NCBI GenBank assembly: GCA_044892525.1
Contig: CM097885.1
Location: 247,132,001-247,196,000, forward strand
Reading direction: 5' to 3'
DNA from: Schmidtea polychroa
Lineage: Eukaryota
Length of the DNA stretch: 64,000 nt
The notes beneath the pieces are model-generated. The model made no database searches. It saw only the letters and a program-made list of their open reading frames with translations, and was not told where the DNA came from. Shown here piece after piece: positions 17,620 to 28,511 of the stretch (its first letter is position 1; every line of letters begins with the position of its first letter). The translations under genes were made by a program, and so were the position numbers.

Positions 17620-18606
17620 ATGAGAAGCCTAATCGTGATGATGATTATAATGACAATGCCAAAAATCCTGCAAGCAGAAGAATCAATGATCAGATGCCAG
17701 AAAGAATACCCATATCGCAGAGAAGATAGTACATGTAGTAGCTTTAAATCGATCTGCGAAAAACCCAATGAGGAATGCGAACAAATCAAGTTACAATGTT
17801 CGCAATGTCCACAAACAACTGAAAGTTCGACGGAAGTGCAAATGGCTCAGACAATAAAAACAATGTTAGAACAAGAAATGAAAGTTATCAGAACCCAGAT
17901 AGCAACATTAGCCAAACAATGTCAAAGTCAGAAATCAAAGAGAGAATCCCAAACAGATCCAGCCGCAATGAGAATGATGGTAATAATATTAGAGGAAATA
18001 AAACAACAGGTAACAGCAACCGCCTATGGACGTTCAAGCAATTGCGAAACAGTAGTAAAATCTTTGGAGGAAATGAAAGGAAAAATAACTTCCATCATCA
18101 AAGAGGAACCCAGCATTAAAAATGAGGTAACGAAAACCTTGAAAGAAATGACAAGGGAAATCCTAACTACCATAAACAAAAACCCAACGAACTCCGAGAA
18201 GATGATTAAAACCCTTGAGGCAATAAAGAAAGTTGTCACCTCAGAAGAAAACAAATTCAATAAGCCCGAAAAATCAGAAACGGCGGATACAACCCAATTA
18301 AAAGAAATTATGAACAAACCCAAAGTAATAGAACCGAGAGAGTCTGAATCCCTCACAATAGTGATCCTATTAGCGGCGAGCCTAATGATAAACATCACCG
18401 TACTGAGCCTGATTGCACTCAAACCCAATTCCAGTAAAGAAAGAAACAAAACCCTCAAACTAAAGGAACAATCAAGAAGTATTCGTATCCCAATGGAAGA
18501 ACAACTAGTCCAAACAACGAACCAACCAAGCTACTTCAAATCTTCCCCAAACATTGAAACCAGAGCCGTCATCGAGACGAGATCCCGAACAACCGAATTT
18601 TATTAA
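17620..18606 (+). CDS. Cargo ORF, 328 aa type I membrane protein with Cys-rich N-terminus
   Basis: Signal peptide MRSLIVMMIIMTMPKILQA; six-Cys cluster; TM LTIVILLAASLMINITVLSLIAL followed by a basic tail. Confidence 0.8.
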   Translation: MRSLIVMMIIMTMPKILQAEESMIRCQKEYPYRREDSTCSSFKSICEKPNEECEQIKLQCSQCPQTTESSTEVQMAQTIKTMLEQEMKVIRTQIATLAKQCQSQKSKRESQTDPAAMRMMVIILEEIKQQVTATAYGRSSNCETVVKSLEEMKGKITSIIKEEPSIKNEVTKTLKEMTREILTTINKNPTNSEKMIKTLEAIKKVVTSEENKFNKPEKSETADTTQLKEIMNKPKVIEPRESESLTIVILLAASLMINITVLSLIALKPNSSKERNKTLKLKEQSRSIRIPMEEQLVQTTNQPSYFKSSPNIETRAVIETRSRTTEFY

Positions 18607-20959
18607 TGTGACATCACGACAGTATAAACATTTCATGACATTATAAAACATTATCAAACAATCATGATTTCAAAGACTGAGACTGATTGTGACTAATAAC
18701 ATTGATTCTTGAGCATGATAATTTTATTTTTGTGTGGACCGACCTCGGTCGTTCTTTTTCTTCATCTTTCAACCCATCCGTAGAATGTAGTATAATAGTA
18801 GCCTTTTTATGTATGTGGGTATTGAGGTCACGACCCTGTAGCTCGTGGACCCAATTTGCATGTAGGCACTTGTAATATAGTGCAAGTATTCTGAAAATAA
18901 TTTTCTTCATCTTGTGATTTAAATTGCGGGTCGCAATTTTATGGGCCCCCGAGTGTTTTATGTTGGGCTAGAACTGATTTCTAGACCCAAAATACTAATT
19001 GTGACTGAAACGCGTAAGTACACAGCAAGTAAAAAAGCACCAAGTATAGTTAAATATTAAAACCTACACCAAATAAACAATATTAACTAAAGGAGAAAGC
19101 AACAAAAACATAAACAAAGAAATTAAACAAAATTATACAAAAGCAAGAAGTGATGCAAAAATCTAACTCAAAAATAACCAAATAAACACAGGGTTACAAA
19201 AAACAGACTCGAATAACTTAAAAGACGATAAAAACAGTAAAACATTCCAGAAAAACCCAGAACATTCTATAAAAATGGCGATGACCATCACAAAAGTTAT
19301 CTAGAACAACAAAAGTTAAGGAAAATAAATAAATTAGTATTAAAAATAATAAATCTTTAAAAGAAATTCACAAAACATCAGTTAAAATAAAAATTAAATT
19401 AAAAATAAAATAGAATGTTCTGGAACCGTTCCAAATCCATCATGGACGGCAAATTAACGAAAAATAATTAAAAAATAAAAATATAAAAATAAAAACAAAA
19501 ATTATGGCACAAAAATTGTCATTAAAAATAGCAAAATCGCTAAATAGAAAATTCTGGAATAAAAAGAATTCGAGTTTGTTTTAATGCATCAATACATACA
19601 CGTGTACTAAATAGGTATATATACTGACACGTTTCAGTCACAATCAATCACTTTTATGCCAAATTTTTGTGACGAAATTTCCAAAATCGATAGTAAGCAT
19701 TGATCTTTATTTGTATATTAATTGTTTAATTATATAGATGGTATTTTAAATTTATTTTTTGCTTAAAATTTTTTGCGATGTATGAGTGATCAACGGCGTA
19801 CTGGTATTCCTGCGTCGTTGTTCAGTCCTGCATCCAATTTATTAAAATCGCTATTAACAGGACATGCAGACACGCATTATCATTATTATAGTGATATTTA
19901 TTATATGATTTCTTTTTGTTCGGGTCAGCCGGAGGTCGAACTACTTCATGGTCCTGCCATGGAGTTAGGTCGAGGAAACCCTCCGCCTGACTCTTCGTAT
20001 TTATTTAAGGTCAGCCGTAAATGGTTGACTTAGCACACAACACTAAGGTTTGTGGACGTGGTCACAGTGAGGCCATGAAAGCAATATTCTTCCCGACTCA
20101 TTGCGTAATATACAATTAAACTCAACACTTAAAATCCTGAACAATAACTCTACACTAAGGTTCTAATTTGAGTAGAGCTCGTACCTAAAATTACACAATT
20201 CTACACTCACATTAATGTAGCTAGTTGATTCATAATGGTAATTTCAATTATACTTAGACATATGCCGAACTAGATTTTGTAGTAAGGATCTTTGATAAAG
20301 TAATAGAAAAAAGAGAGATATTCGGCATACGTACAGGTATAACTTGATCTAGATATGTTGATTCCGAGTAAAGATAGACATTTTAAATCTAGCTCCCACT
20401 TTAAAATGTTTGTAAATGTGTAGGCTCTTAGTTGCAATATTCTTGTTGTTAACTATAAAACTATAAGTTATAAATAATTACGATAGCTAGGTACAAACCA
20501 CGTCGATCCTGAAAATGTAAATTGTTAATGGAGAAAGTCTGATCAGAGATAGTAGTAAACAATTTTCGTATAAAAATCAACTTAGGATTGGTTACAGATA
20601 GGCGATAGACGCGCTAGAACCCTGAAGTTTAATCCACAAATAGGACCAGGAAATCTGTAAGTACTGCGGAAAACAATGTTGATCATAGAAGGAAGTTGTA
20701 AGAAGTATATTCCGTCGACTAAAAATTTCAAATTATAAAGTATGAAAATACGAATTACAAAAGTATAAATTTTAGATTATAAACTTATAAATTATAAGTT
20801 AAGCAATTATAACTTATAAAAAATGAATGTATAAATTTCAAAATATGAAATTAATTATAAATTACAAGATTGTAAATCCCTAAATGGAAAAATTTTAAAT
20901 TATAAATCGAAAATTATCAAAGTATAAATTATAAAACATGAATTTATAATTCTAAAACA

Positions 20960-21320
20960 TGGATTATAAAATTATAGTTATCATAATCCTGATCATTTCC
21001 CTTGTTATTACTATTAGCAGTATCAACATTATCATTACTATTAGTATTATTATTCTTATTATTATTATATTATTATTATCATTATTATGAATATCATAAT
21101 TAGCATTATTATTATTATCATCATTATCAGTACCATTATAAAAATTTATTATTATTCTTGTTATTACTATTATTAGTATTCTTATTATTACCATTATTAA
21201 AATTTATTATTATTCTTATTATTATTACTATCATTGCTATTATTAATATTATTATTATCATTATTATTACTATTATTAGTATCGTTATTTCATTGTTATT
21301 ATTATTGGTATTATTACAGT
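20960..21320. repeat. Degenerate (ATT/ATC/ACT)n trinucleotide microsatellite
   Basis: About 360 nt of attatt/atcatt/actatt units. Confidence 0.9.
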
Positions 21321-21831
21321 TAACTACAAAAAATCGATATCCCAATCCGATATCGATCACCTGGAAATTTAGAAATTAGCAAATTAAATAAATTACTTGT
21401 ATGCAGAGCAAACCACTCATAACGAGCACAACCGAAGGAAAGGTAAGCAGACGAAGAGCTTAGTTCGTTGCTAGTACCTGTCGCCCCAGCGTGCCCGAAT
21501 TTAGTGGCCTAAGAATGACGATCAAAAAGGAAAAAATTCACATTTTATTAATATGTAAATTAAAATTTATAAATAGTAATTAAAATTACTACTCAGTGGT
21601 AAACAAAATTTTGAATGGAAATGATTAATTTAAACAAACGAATTTTGACGAAAATTTTTTTTGTGTGTTTGTTTTGATAAAGTAGGAAATCTTATTCCAC
21701 TGCTCCTAAACTTATAGATGGTAGTCTTAAAATAAAATATTTTTTTTTAAAGGGAAAAAGGGTCAACAAAATCTTGTGGTTGACGTCGTATCTCAATCAG
21801 TATAGAGGGGCTTGATTATTATTTTGTAGAA

Positions 21832-22197
21832 ATGTCCTACTCTGACAGCGATAGCCACGAAGAAGCCGACCGACAGATGCTTACCAGACTCCGTACACGG
21901 TACATATGGCACCGTATCCATGATTGGAATCGGGGTTTGGACCTCGACAACTTTGGCCCAGTAATCAGGAGTGGGCCGGAGCCGGACGCTCCGGCGTGGG
22001 TAAAAACAGAGCCCACAAACGATTTTTTGCAAGAGGCCCGCGACCGAGCGGCCATCGAGGTAGAAGCAGCTCAGATGCGACTCAAGAAGATCGAGCTACA
22101 AATCCAAGCAGAAAAAGAGGGAAAAACCGTGGAGGACCTAGAAGAGGCCGAGGCAACCCCGCGGAAGAGGGGAAGGCCTCGCAAGCGACTGAACTGA
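21832..22197 (+). CDS. 121-aa protein with C-terminal AT-hook
   Basis: GC-richer island; PRKRGRPRKR; TTTTGTAG acceptor 2 nt before ATG. Confidence 0.6.
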   Translation: MSYSDSDSHEEADRQMLTRLRTRYIWHRIHDWNRGLDLDNFGPVIRSGPEPDAPAWVKTEPTNDFLQEARDRAAIEVEAAQMRLKKIELQIQAEKEGKTVEDLEEAEATPRKRGRPRKRLN

Positions 22198-22408
22198 CTC
22201 ATCGTCAAAAATTTTGTTTTTTGCAAATTAACATTCAGTTGCGATTTTATTAAACTTTGATTTTAGTGATAATTATTTCAGTCCTTTTAATAAATCATCT
22301 TGTGTATTGCGTGCTTAACATCCGAAACTATGTTTATTTATAATATTGATTTTATTTTATAATTGAATGAATAGTATGCTGCAAGAATATAATCGTTGAA
22401 TTTATCTA

Positions 22409-22879
22409 GTGTTCAGACTATTGGAAAATCTGCGAAGAGATAGGGCAGAAGCTCAAAAACAGTCCGAGGAGCTCCGCATACGAGTAGACAAGCTCAAGGG
22501 ACGGTGCCGGGAACTAGAAAGCACCTGGTTTAGTCCCGAGGATATGAAAAAGAAGGTGGCGCAGGTCCTTCAACTGCAGACTCAAGCCGCGCAGGATCAG
22601 ATGGAGATCCGGGCACTGAAGCTCCAGCTCCGCGCGCTAGAAACCGAGCGAAATGAACAAGTAGTTCACGGAGCCGCCATAAGCCAAATCCGGCCGTTGA
22701 CCGTGGAACTAGCAGCAATATACCCCCCGGCCGCGAAAGAGAAACCCAAAAGAAAGCGGTTAGGCCGAAATATTCGGGAAAAATTGAAGAAAGCTAGACT
22801 GGCCGAATACGAGCGACAAGCAAATTTGTCACTAGCAGCTGCGACGAAATTGGCCAGTCCTACCAATAAGCCTGTTTGA
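22409..22879 (+). CDS. Coiled-coil protein with basic NLS-like C-terminus (5' end probably supplied by splicing)
   Basis: 156-codon frame without ATG at its start; TTTATCTAG acceptor at 22401-22409; KPKRKRLGRNIREKLKK. Confidence 0.55.
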   Translation: MFRLLENLRRDRAEAQKQSEELRIRVDKLKGRCRELESTWFSPEDMKKKVAQVLQLQTQAAQDQMEIRALKLQLRALETERNEQVVHGAAISQIRPLTVELAAIYPPAAKEKPKRKRLGRNIREKLKKARLAEYERQANLSLAAATKLASPTNKPV

Positions 22880-25038
22880 ACTTATATTCGGTTTTAGGTG
22901 TTTTGTAGTATTTTTATGTATTGTGGTAGTCTTCAAATAATATGTTCCTTGTTAAAATACTGCACGTTTTGTAGTGATAAAATAATGACTAGTACAGTTT
23001 ATGATTGCCTGGGAAATGAGAGTTTGTGCATAAGGTTGGGAAAACAATTTTGATAAAGGGACCTGAGAAATCGGACACACACCTTCTATCGGTAGTCCGT
23101 GAACCCACGGAGTACTCGACAACTATAGTGCTTTGATGCGCTCACTTTTTGCGAGTACTCAACCCTTGGTACAGTACCAACGTTGATCACTCAACGGGTA
23201 CCAAGCGGAAAAACAATGTTGTATTTTGGGTTACGCTGGTAACAGCACTCAATCATTCAACCACCAGTAACCCACCAATAGAAAATAAAAATTCAAAACA
23301 AAATTCAAGCACTTTATTTGAAATCATAATTTCCACTAAAAATTAATATTTTATGCAGTAACACAAAATGTCAAATACAAGAAAATTTATAAAAAATATA
23401 TATTTCAAAGCATAAATTTCAAGATTCGATAATCAAAACCATATCCGAATTGTTTCAAAGTGTTGACACATAAATCCAACAATTAATGGATATTGAAAAT
23501 CCACCATTGAATTTGAAAACAATTAAATTAGAAAAATAACTACTCAGCAATTATAATGGCATTTTAAAAACAGTAATTAATTATAAATCTAAATATAAAA
23601 AATTAAGAAACTTTCGAGTTTTTTCTGTACACTGGGATTCAGTAATACATTTAAATGCATATACTTAATTAAATATTTTATAGTTTTTTAATAGTTTCAT
23701 TATCGTTAAATTTTCTCTTTTTGTTTTGATTATCAATAATATAACTATTTGAATAATTATTTACATCACTATTGGAATAAACACTTGTAATCCTATAAGG
23801 TTGATTGACTTTGATCTTTTCAATAGGATTTACTCGATAATGATTAATGCTAGTCCTGAACAATAGGCCGTATTAAATAAACATTAAAAAAATAGATAAA
23901 AGCGAATAGCAATACGGGACCGTGAATTGATAAGATGGTTAATAGTTTTTCTTATTACAAGATTATTCCTATATTAAATCGACAAAATTAATAATTATAT
24001 CGACAATATTACTATTTATATCGACAATATTAATTATTATGGACAATATTAATTATTATCAATAATATAAATAGTTATTAGTAATGACAAAATTATTTAT
24101 TAAAAAGTTTGAAGACTGAATCAGTAAATATATCAAAATATATCGATATATTTACTGATTCGTAGTCTTTAAGCTTTTTACAATGGAAATACAATGGGAA
24201 AGAAATCAGTGGTGAAATTTGAAAAAAAGTTCTTATAATACAAAATTATTTATTTAATCTTTCTCTCTAAATCGTAGCGATATCCCGGAAGCAATTGCTC
24301 CAGTTATCATACGTATGCTCTTATTTTAGTTAATGAAAAATCCGAATCAAAAGAATTTAATAAAACAAATCAGCTATAAAAGATGTCATATAAATTCCTG
24401 ATATCTAACATATAGTGAAGCTTAATTTGCATCAACATTCGTCTATTACTGGTCTGCAAATCATCGAACATTCCAATGACATATAACAGTGCAGCTCTTT
24501 GATGAGCTGTGTGGCTCCCAATATCAGAGCAGTAGCTAGGGATGGCAAATGGGGCGACCGCCCCGGGCGCCGAGTCGAAGGGCACCAAAACTGTGAAATG
24601 ATCATTTAAATTTTTTTTGCTTTTCTTTCTTTTTTTCATATTAAATTTTTATATTCTGCTTTCGATGTTTACTGTTTTCAAAAGTTAAACTAAAACAAAA
24701 CTGTTTTGCTAGTCTATCTAAAGGTTTTTGCAAACAGGTGACTAAATCCGAAAGTGGCTGATCATGAAAACAGTCATGAGCATAAAAAACGCTATTTAGC
24801 CTGGAAAGATCTTGAAAATCGTTTGAAAGAATGAAGGACAATTAATGATAATGGTTATAGATATCGATATGCCCGATACAGTAGTCTATATATAAAAACG
24901 AGAAATCGGAGAATAGCCTATTCAATATTGAGAAAAGAATCAGAATTATTTTTTCATAGTAATGGAAATTTTGTAAAACATGGCGACTCATTTCTTGTAA
25001 ACTCGGCCACCCGCTGATATATTATAACGAAAACCAAC

Positions 25039-25203
25039 NNNNNNNNNNNNNNNNNNNNNNNNNNNNNNNNNNNNNNNNNNNNNNNNNNNNNNNNNNNNNN
25101 NNNNNNNNNNNNNNNNNNNNNNNNNNNNNNNNNNNNNNNNNNNNNNNNNNNNNNNNNNNNNNNNNNNNNNNNNNNNNNNNNNNNNNNNNNNNNNNNNNNN
25201 NNN
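25039..25203. other. Assembly gap (N-run)
   Basis: Run of n. Confidence 1.
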
Positions 25204-25824
25204 TTAGTTGGTTTTCGTTATAATATAAGTTTGGTTAAGCAATGTATAGCTTTGCATCTTAATTTGACTCTCAGATTGATATTCTTAACTATATACATGT
25301 AAATAGTAAATAGTCGTTAACTACGAATTCTTTTCAAATTCAATCTTCCATTATATCAAATTGGCATAATGTTATAAAGCCTCCTTTAAAGCAACCTCTA
25401 TAAAAAATACGGCAAAATTATGATTTAACCAGCTGCAGCAGAAAAATTTATCTTAATATATTCCAAACTGAAATTGCCCAATTGATGAGGCCTATCATCG
25501 ACATTACAAATAAATTTTAATTAAAGAAATAGAATAACAAGATATTAAAGCAGAAAAATATTCTATCTAAATATAGCTTCATATCGCTATTGAAATTTCA
25601 GTAAGTTAAATTAATGTCGTTATTTATTTCCGCAATACATTACCAATGATGTCCTGCACATTTCTGATTTATAACCTAATCCTTTGGTGTTTCGACTTGA
25701 CGACACTAAAAACCTCAGTCGAAAAAGCTGAATGCTATATGGAAGAATGTATTTCATAATGATATGATTAAGAATCAGCTTTATTTTTACTTCCTAAGAC
25801 TGTGCGAAAAATTATACTCATTGG

Positions 25825-26805
25825 CAGAGCCGGATTTAGATGAAAAGAGGCCCTACACTATTCCACTTATGAAGCCCTTTCACCTCTAATTTTTAAGTTT
25901 GTAAGTTACATGATAGATAATAAAATACATCAATATGCATCAATATACATCGATATGCATAAATATGTAAAAAATATCAAATTGTATGTTATATTAAATC
26001 TTATGTTAATACTTATTTTATTTAAAAACTGATTCAATCCATGTAAGGCTAAATATACACTTAAAACAAAATAATAGATTAAAAGAATTTCTTTCAAACC
26101 TTTTTCGTACAGAATTCTTCTACAAGTTCATCTAAATTTATGTCTCATTTTCGATGCATAAAATACTCAATAATCCCTTTTAGCGTGTATTTTTTCTTTC
26201 ATTCGATATGTTATGTTGTCCTGGCAAAATAAAATGTTTTTAAGCGAAAATTCCTATGCTATTTTCGTATTAACACGAGTTTACTCGGGACGCACGACAC
26301 ACATATACTTTTACATCTGATGACGAGTTAACTCGTGATGCACGGTTAAGTCCAACATTTTTTATGACGAGTTAACTCATGACACACTGTAAATGGGTTA
26401 AGACAACCTCTTCTGAGTCATTGTGATTCTTAATTGATTTTTAATATTTTTAAGTCTTAAAAATAACCTTTACCCAGTACAATTAGTGAAAAGATCGTGT
26501 ACGCAATCTTAAAATTAAAATCTTTTCTAATAACACGTGTTTCATATATTACCAAACTAACATGAATATAAACGATATTCGGGATATCAATGAGCCGAAT
26601 GCGTTGATCTTAACTTTTACATTTTTAATGTTTATTTATTAGTAATGTGAGTAGAATTTCTTCTTATTTCCGGTCCAGTGTTTCAGTGTTCACTGTTTTT
26701 AGAATAGTGTAATTTTAATTTTGCTAACAATTTAAAAATAAGCCCCTTTTTGATCTTGAGGTCCTAGACTGAATCCTAGATAGCATATAAGGAAATCCTT
26801 CTCTG
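25825..26805. mobile_element. Non-autonomous hAT-type element
   Basis: Termini CAGAGCCGGATTT / AAATCCTTCTCTG; 8-bp TSD CTCATTGG / CTCAGTGG. Confidence 0.75.
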
Positions 26806-26877
26806 CTCAGTGGCAAGTTGTCATAAATTAACGTCATATAAACTCATTAAACTATTTTGCTATCTTAACAAACTTAA

Positions 26878-27096
26878 CCTTTCATATCCTGTGTATGTAA
26901 AATGATGACCAAAAAATTTTGCTTGCGTTATCCTCTGTCTGTAAAAAATGACATTTTCTTCTTATTCATATCAAATCCACTTTCTATAAAAATATTACAA
27001 ATTATTTACAATGAGTTTATCTTATTTTTTATTTTTGGGCAATTATATTGGGATTGGAATGGGCGGGGCGCAGAAAATAATGAGGATATGAAATGG
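26878..27096. mobile_element. piggyBac-type MITE (copy 1)
   Basis: TTAA on both sides; TIR CCTTTCATATCCT / AGGATATGAAATGG; shares TCCTCTGTCTGTAAAAAATGACATT and GGATTGGAA.GGGCGGG with 55877-56052. Confidence 0.8.
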
Positions 27097-28299
27097 TTAA
27101 AGGAAATATTGCAAAATAGAGTGATGATAACTGTATTATAAATTTAGAAAATAAATGTAAAATTTAAATGTACAGAGCGATTCAAAGGAATATCAGTCTA
27201 TTGGTCCTTATATGGAACATACTTTTATAAATATATTTATCAATTTACGTTACCAGAGATACGGCAAAATCTCTTATAGTTTACTTTATCATTTTCATTC
27301 TGGGAAAAAATCAAATAATAACACTTGATAACAAAAACTAAACCAAAAATTTGAGTTGCGTAAAATTATTGTATATTTTGATCTTTGGTCCAATGAAAAT
27401 TAATGAAATATCAAAAAAACAAGAAAAATTATGGAATGGAGTCTAAATAGTCTCTAAATTTTCGTTGTAATTGTAAATTTCATTTTTCTACGCTACATTA
27501 CAGCCTTCTTATGATGGGTAAAAATCTGATTTGTTGAATAAAATTTTAACAATATAATTGGTTAAAATCATTTTTAAATAAAGCATGTGAAAATTTGTAA
27601 AATCGAACAAAAATTACATTGGATTTTTTAATTAAAATTTTAATTAAACTAAGGTTTTTATGTATTTTAATAAAAATAATGTTTGGAACCCAAATACAAA
27701 ATCAATTTACCTATTCAATGATTCTTGGGTTGATTTAACGGTATTAGTTACTGCTTGGTTAATATATTGAAGTTGACTTAACAGAACTTCTTTTTCAGTT
27801 TCCAGCTTCTTTATAATAGCAGTTTTTTCCCGATTTTCAGAGGTTAACTATAATTGTAACCAATTTCATTTAAAAAAATCAATATATGCACTTTATGTTT
27901 ATCAGCTAATATGAACATATATAATCTTAAATCAGATGAGTAATAAATGTTATAAGGTCACCTTTTAAATTAATAATAAAACATTATTATTTAAAAATAT
28001 TAATCAGAAATATTTATGTTTTTATTTCCGGTTATTTTTTTTTAAATTTAATTTTTTAAATGAAATAATATTAATTTTTTTAAATTTAAATAAAAACTCT
28101 CATAATTTCCAAGTTTTTAGTATTCATAAGATTTACTTATTGTTAAACTTTGTTATATTGAACATTGATGAAAAATTAAATCCTTTTACTAACTCGAATA
28201 CTGCATGATTTATTTTTAGACAAAAAATAATTTAAAACTATACAGACTTTTGGAGTAATTGAATCAAAGAAACTTAAATTTTTTAATCAATAATATGTA

Positions 28300-28511
28300 C
28301 TTCCTCTGTCCAAAAATGATAGTCCAGTTGCATTTTAGCCTTTTTCCCAAAATAATTGTCAATAGATAATATAAAAAACCTTTTACAGTAAAAACATATT
28401 AAATAATTTTATTTTATTGATTAAACAAATAACAAAACTGCATTTTAAGTATCACTGTTACGTATAAATGAATTACGATTTAAAGTCAAACCGGACTATC
28501 ATTTTTGGACA
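28300..28511. mobile_element. Tc1/mariner (Stowaway-like) MITE
   Basis: Perfect 19-bp inverted repeat TGTCCAAAAATGATAGTCC / GGACTATCATTTTTGGACA; left end TA-CTTCCTCTGTCC. Confidence 0.65.

Larger units (their letters stand above)
1..18606 (+). mobile_element. Giant Ty3/Gypsy (Metaviridae-like) LTR retroelement, internal region with env-like gene and cargo ORFs; 5' end outside the window, 3' boundary unresolved (may extend to ~23,300)
   Basis: PR-RT-RH-IN in Gypsy order in ORF 3217-11448; eight long intronless ORFs, all on +, separated by 76-148 nt spacers where complete; uniformly A-rich + strand unlike the host DNA after ~23.3 kb. Confidence 0.92.

Noticed and set aside
384-18458. Numerous minus-strand ORFs rich in F/L/S/I over the element
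   Set aside because: Expected antisense shadows of A-rich long ORFs; no motifs and mostly non-ATG starts.
18607-18620. TGTGACA directly after the last cargo stop as the start of the 3' LTR
   Set aside because: No polypurine tract upstream and no second LTR in the window to compare; boundary left unresolved.
20964-21379. I/N-rich ORFs on both strands
   Set aside because: Translations of the ATT microsatellite.
23138-23280. Assignment of the conserved structure to hammerhead, pistol, twister or SL RNA
   Set aside because: Lacks CUGANGA/GAAA, the pistol pseudoknot and AAAUA linker, twister core residues and an ATG-GT SL junction; only CGTTGATC resembles a pistol P3 arm.
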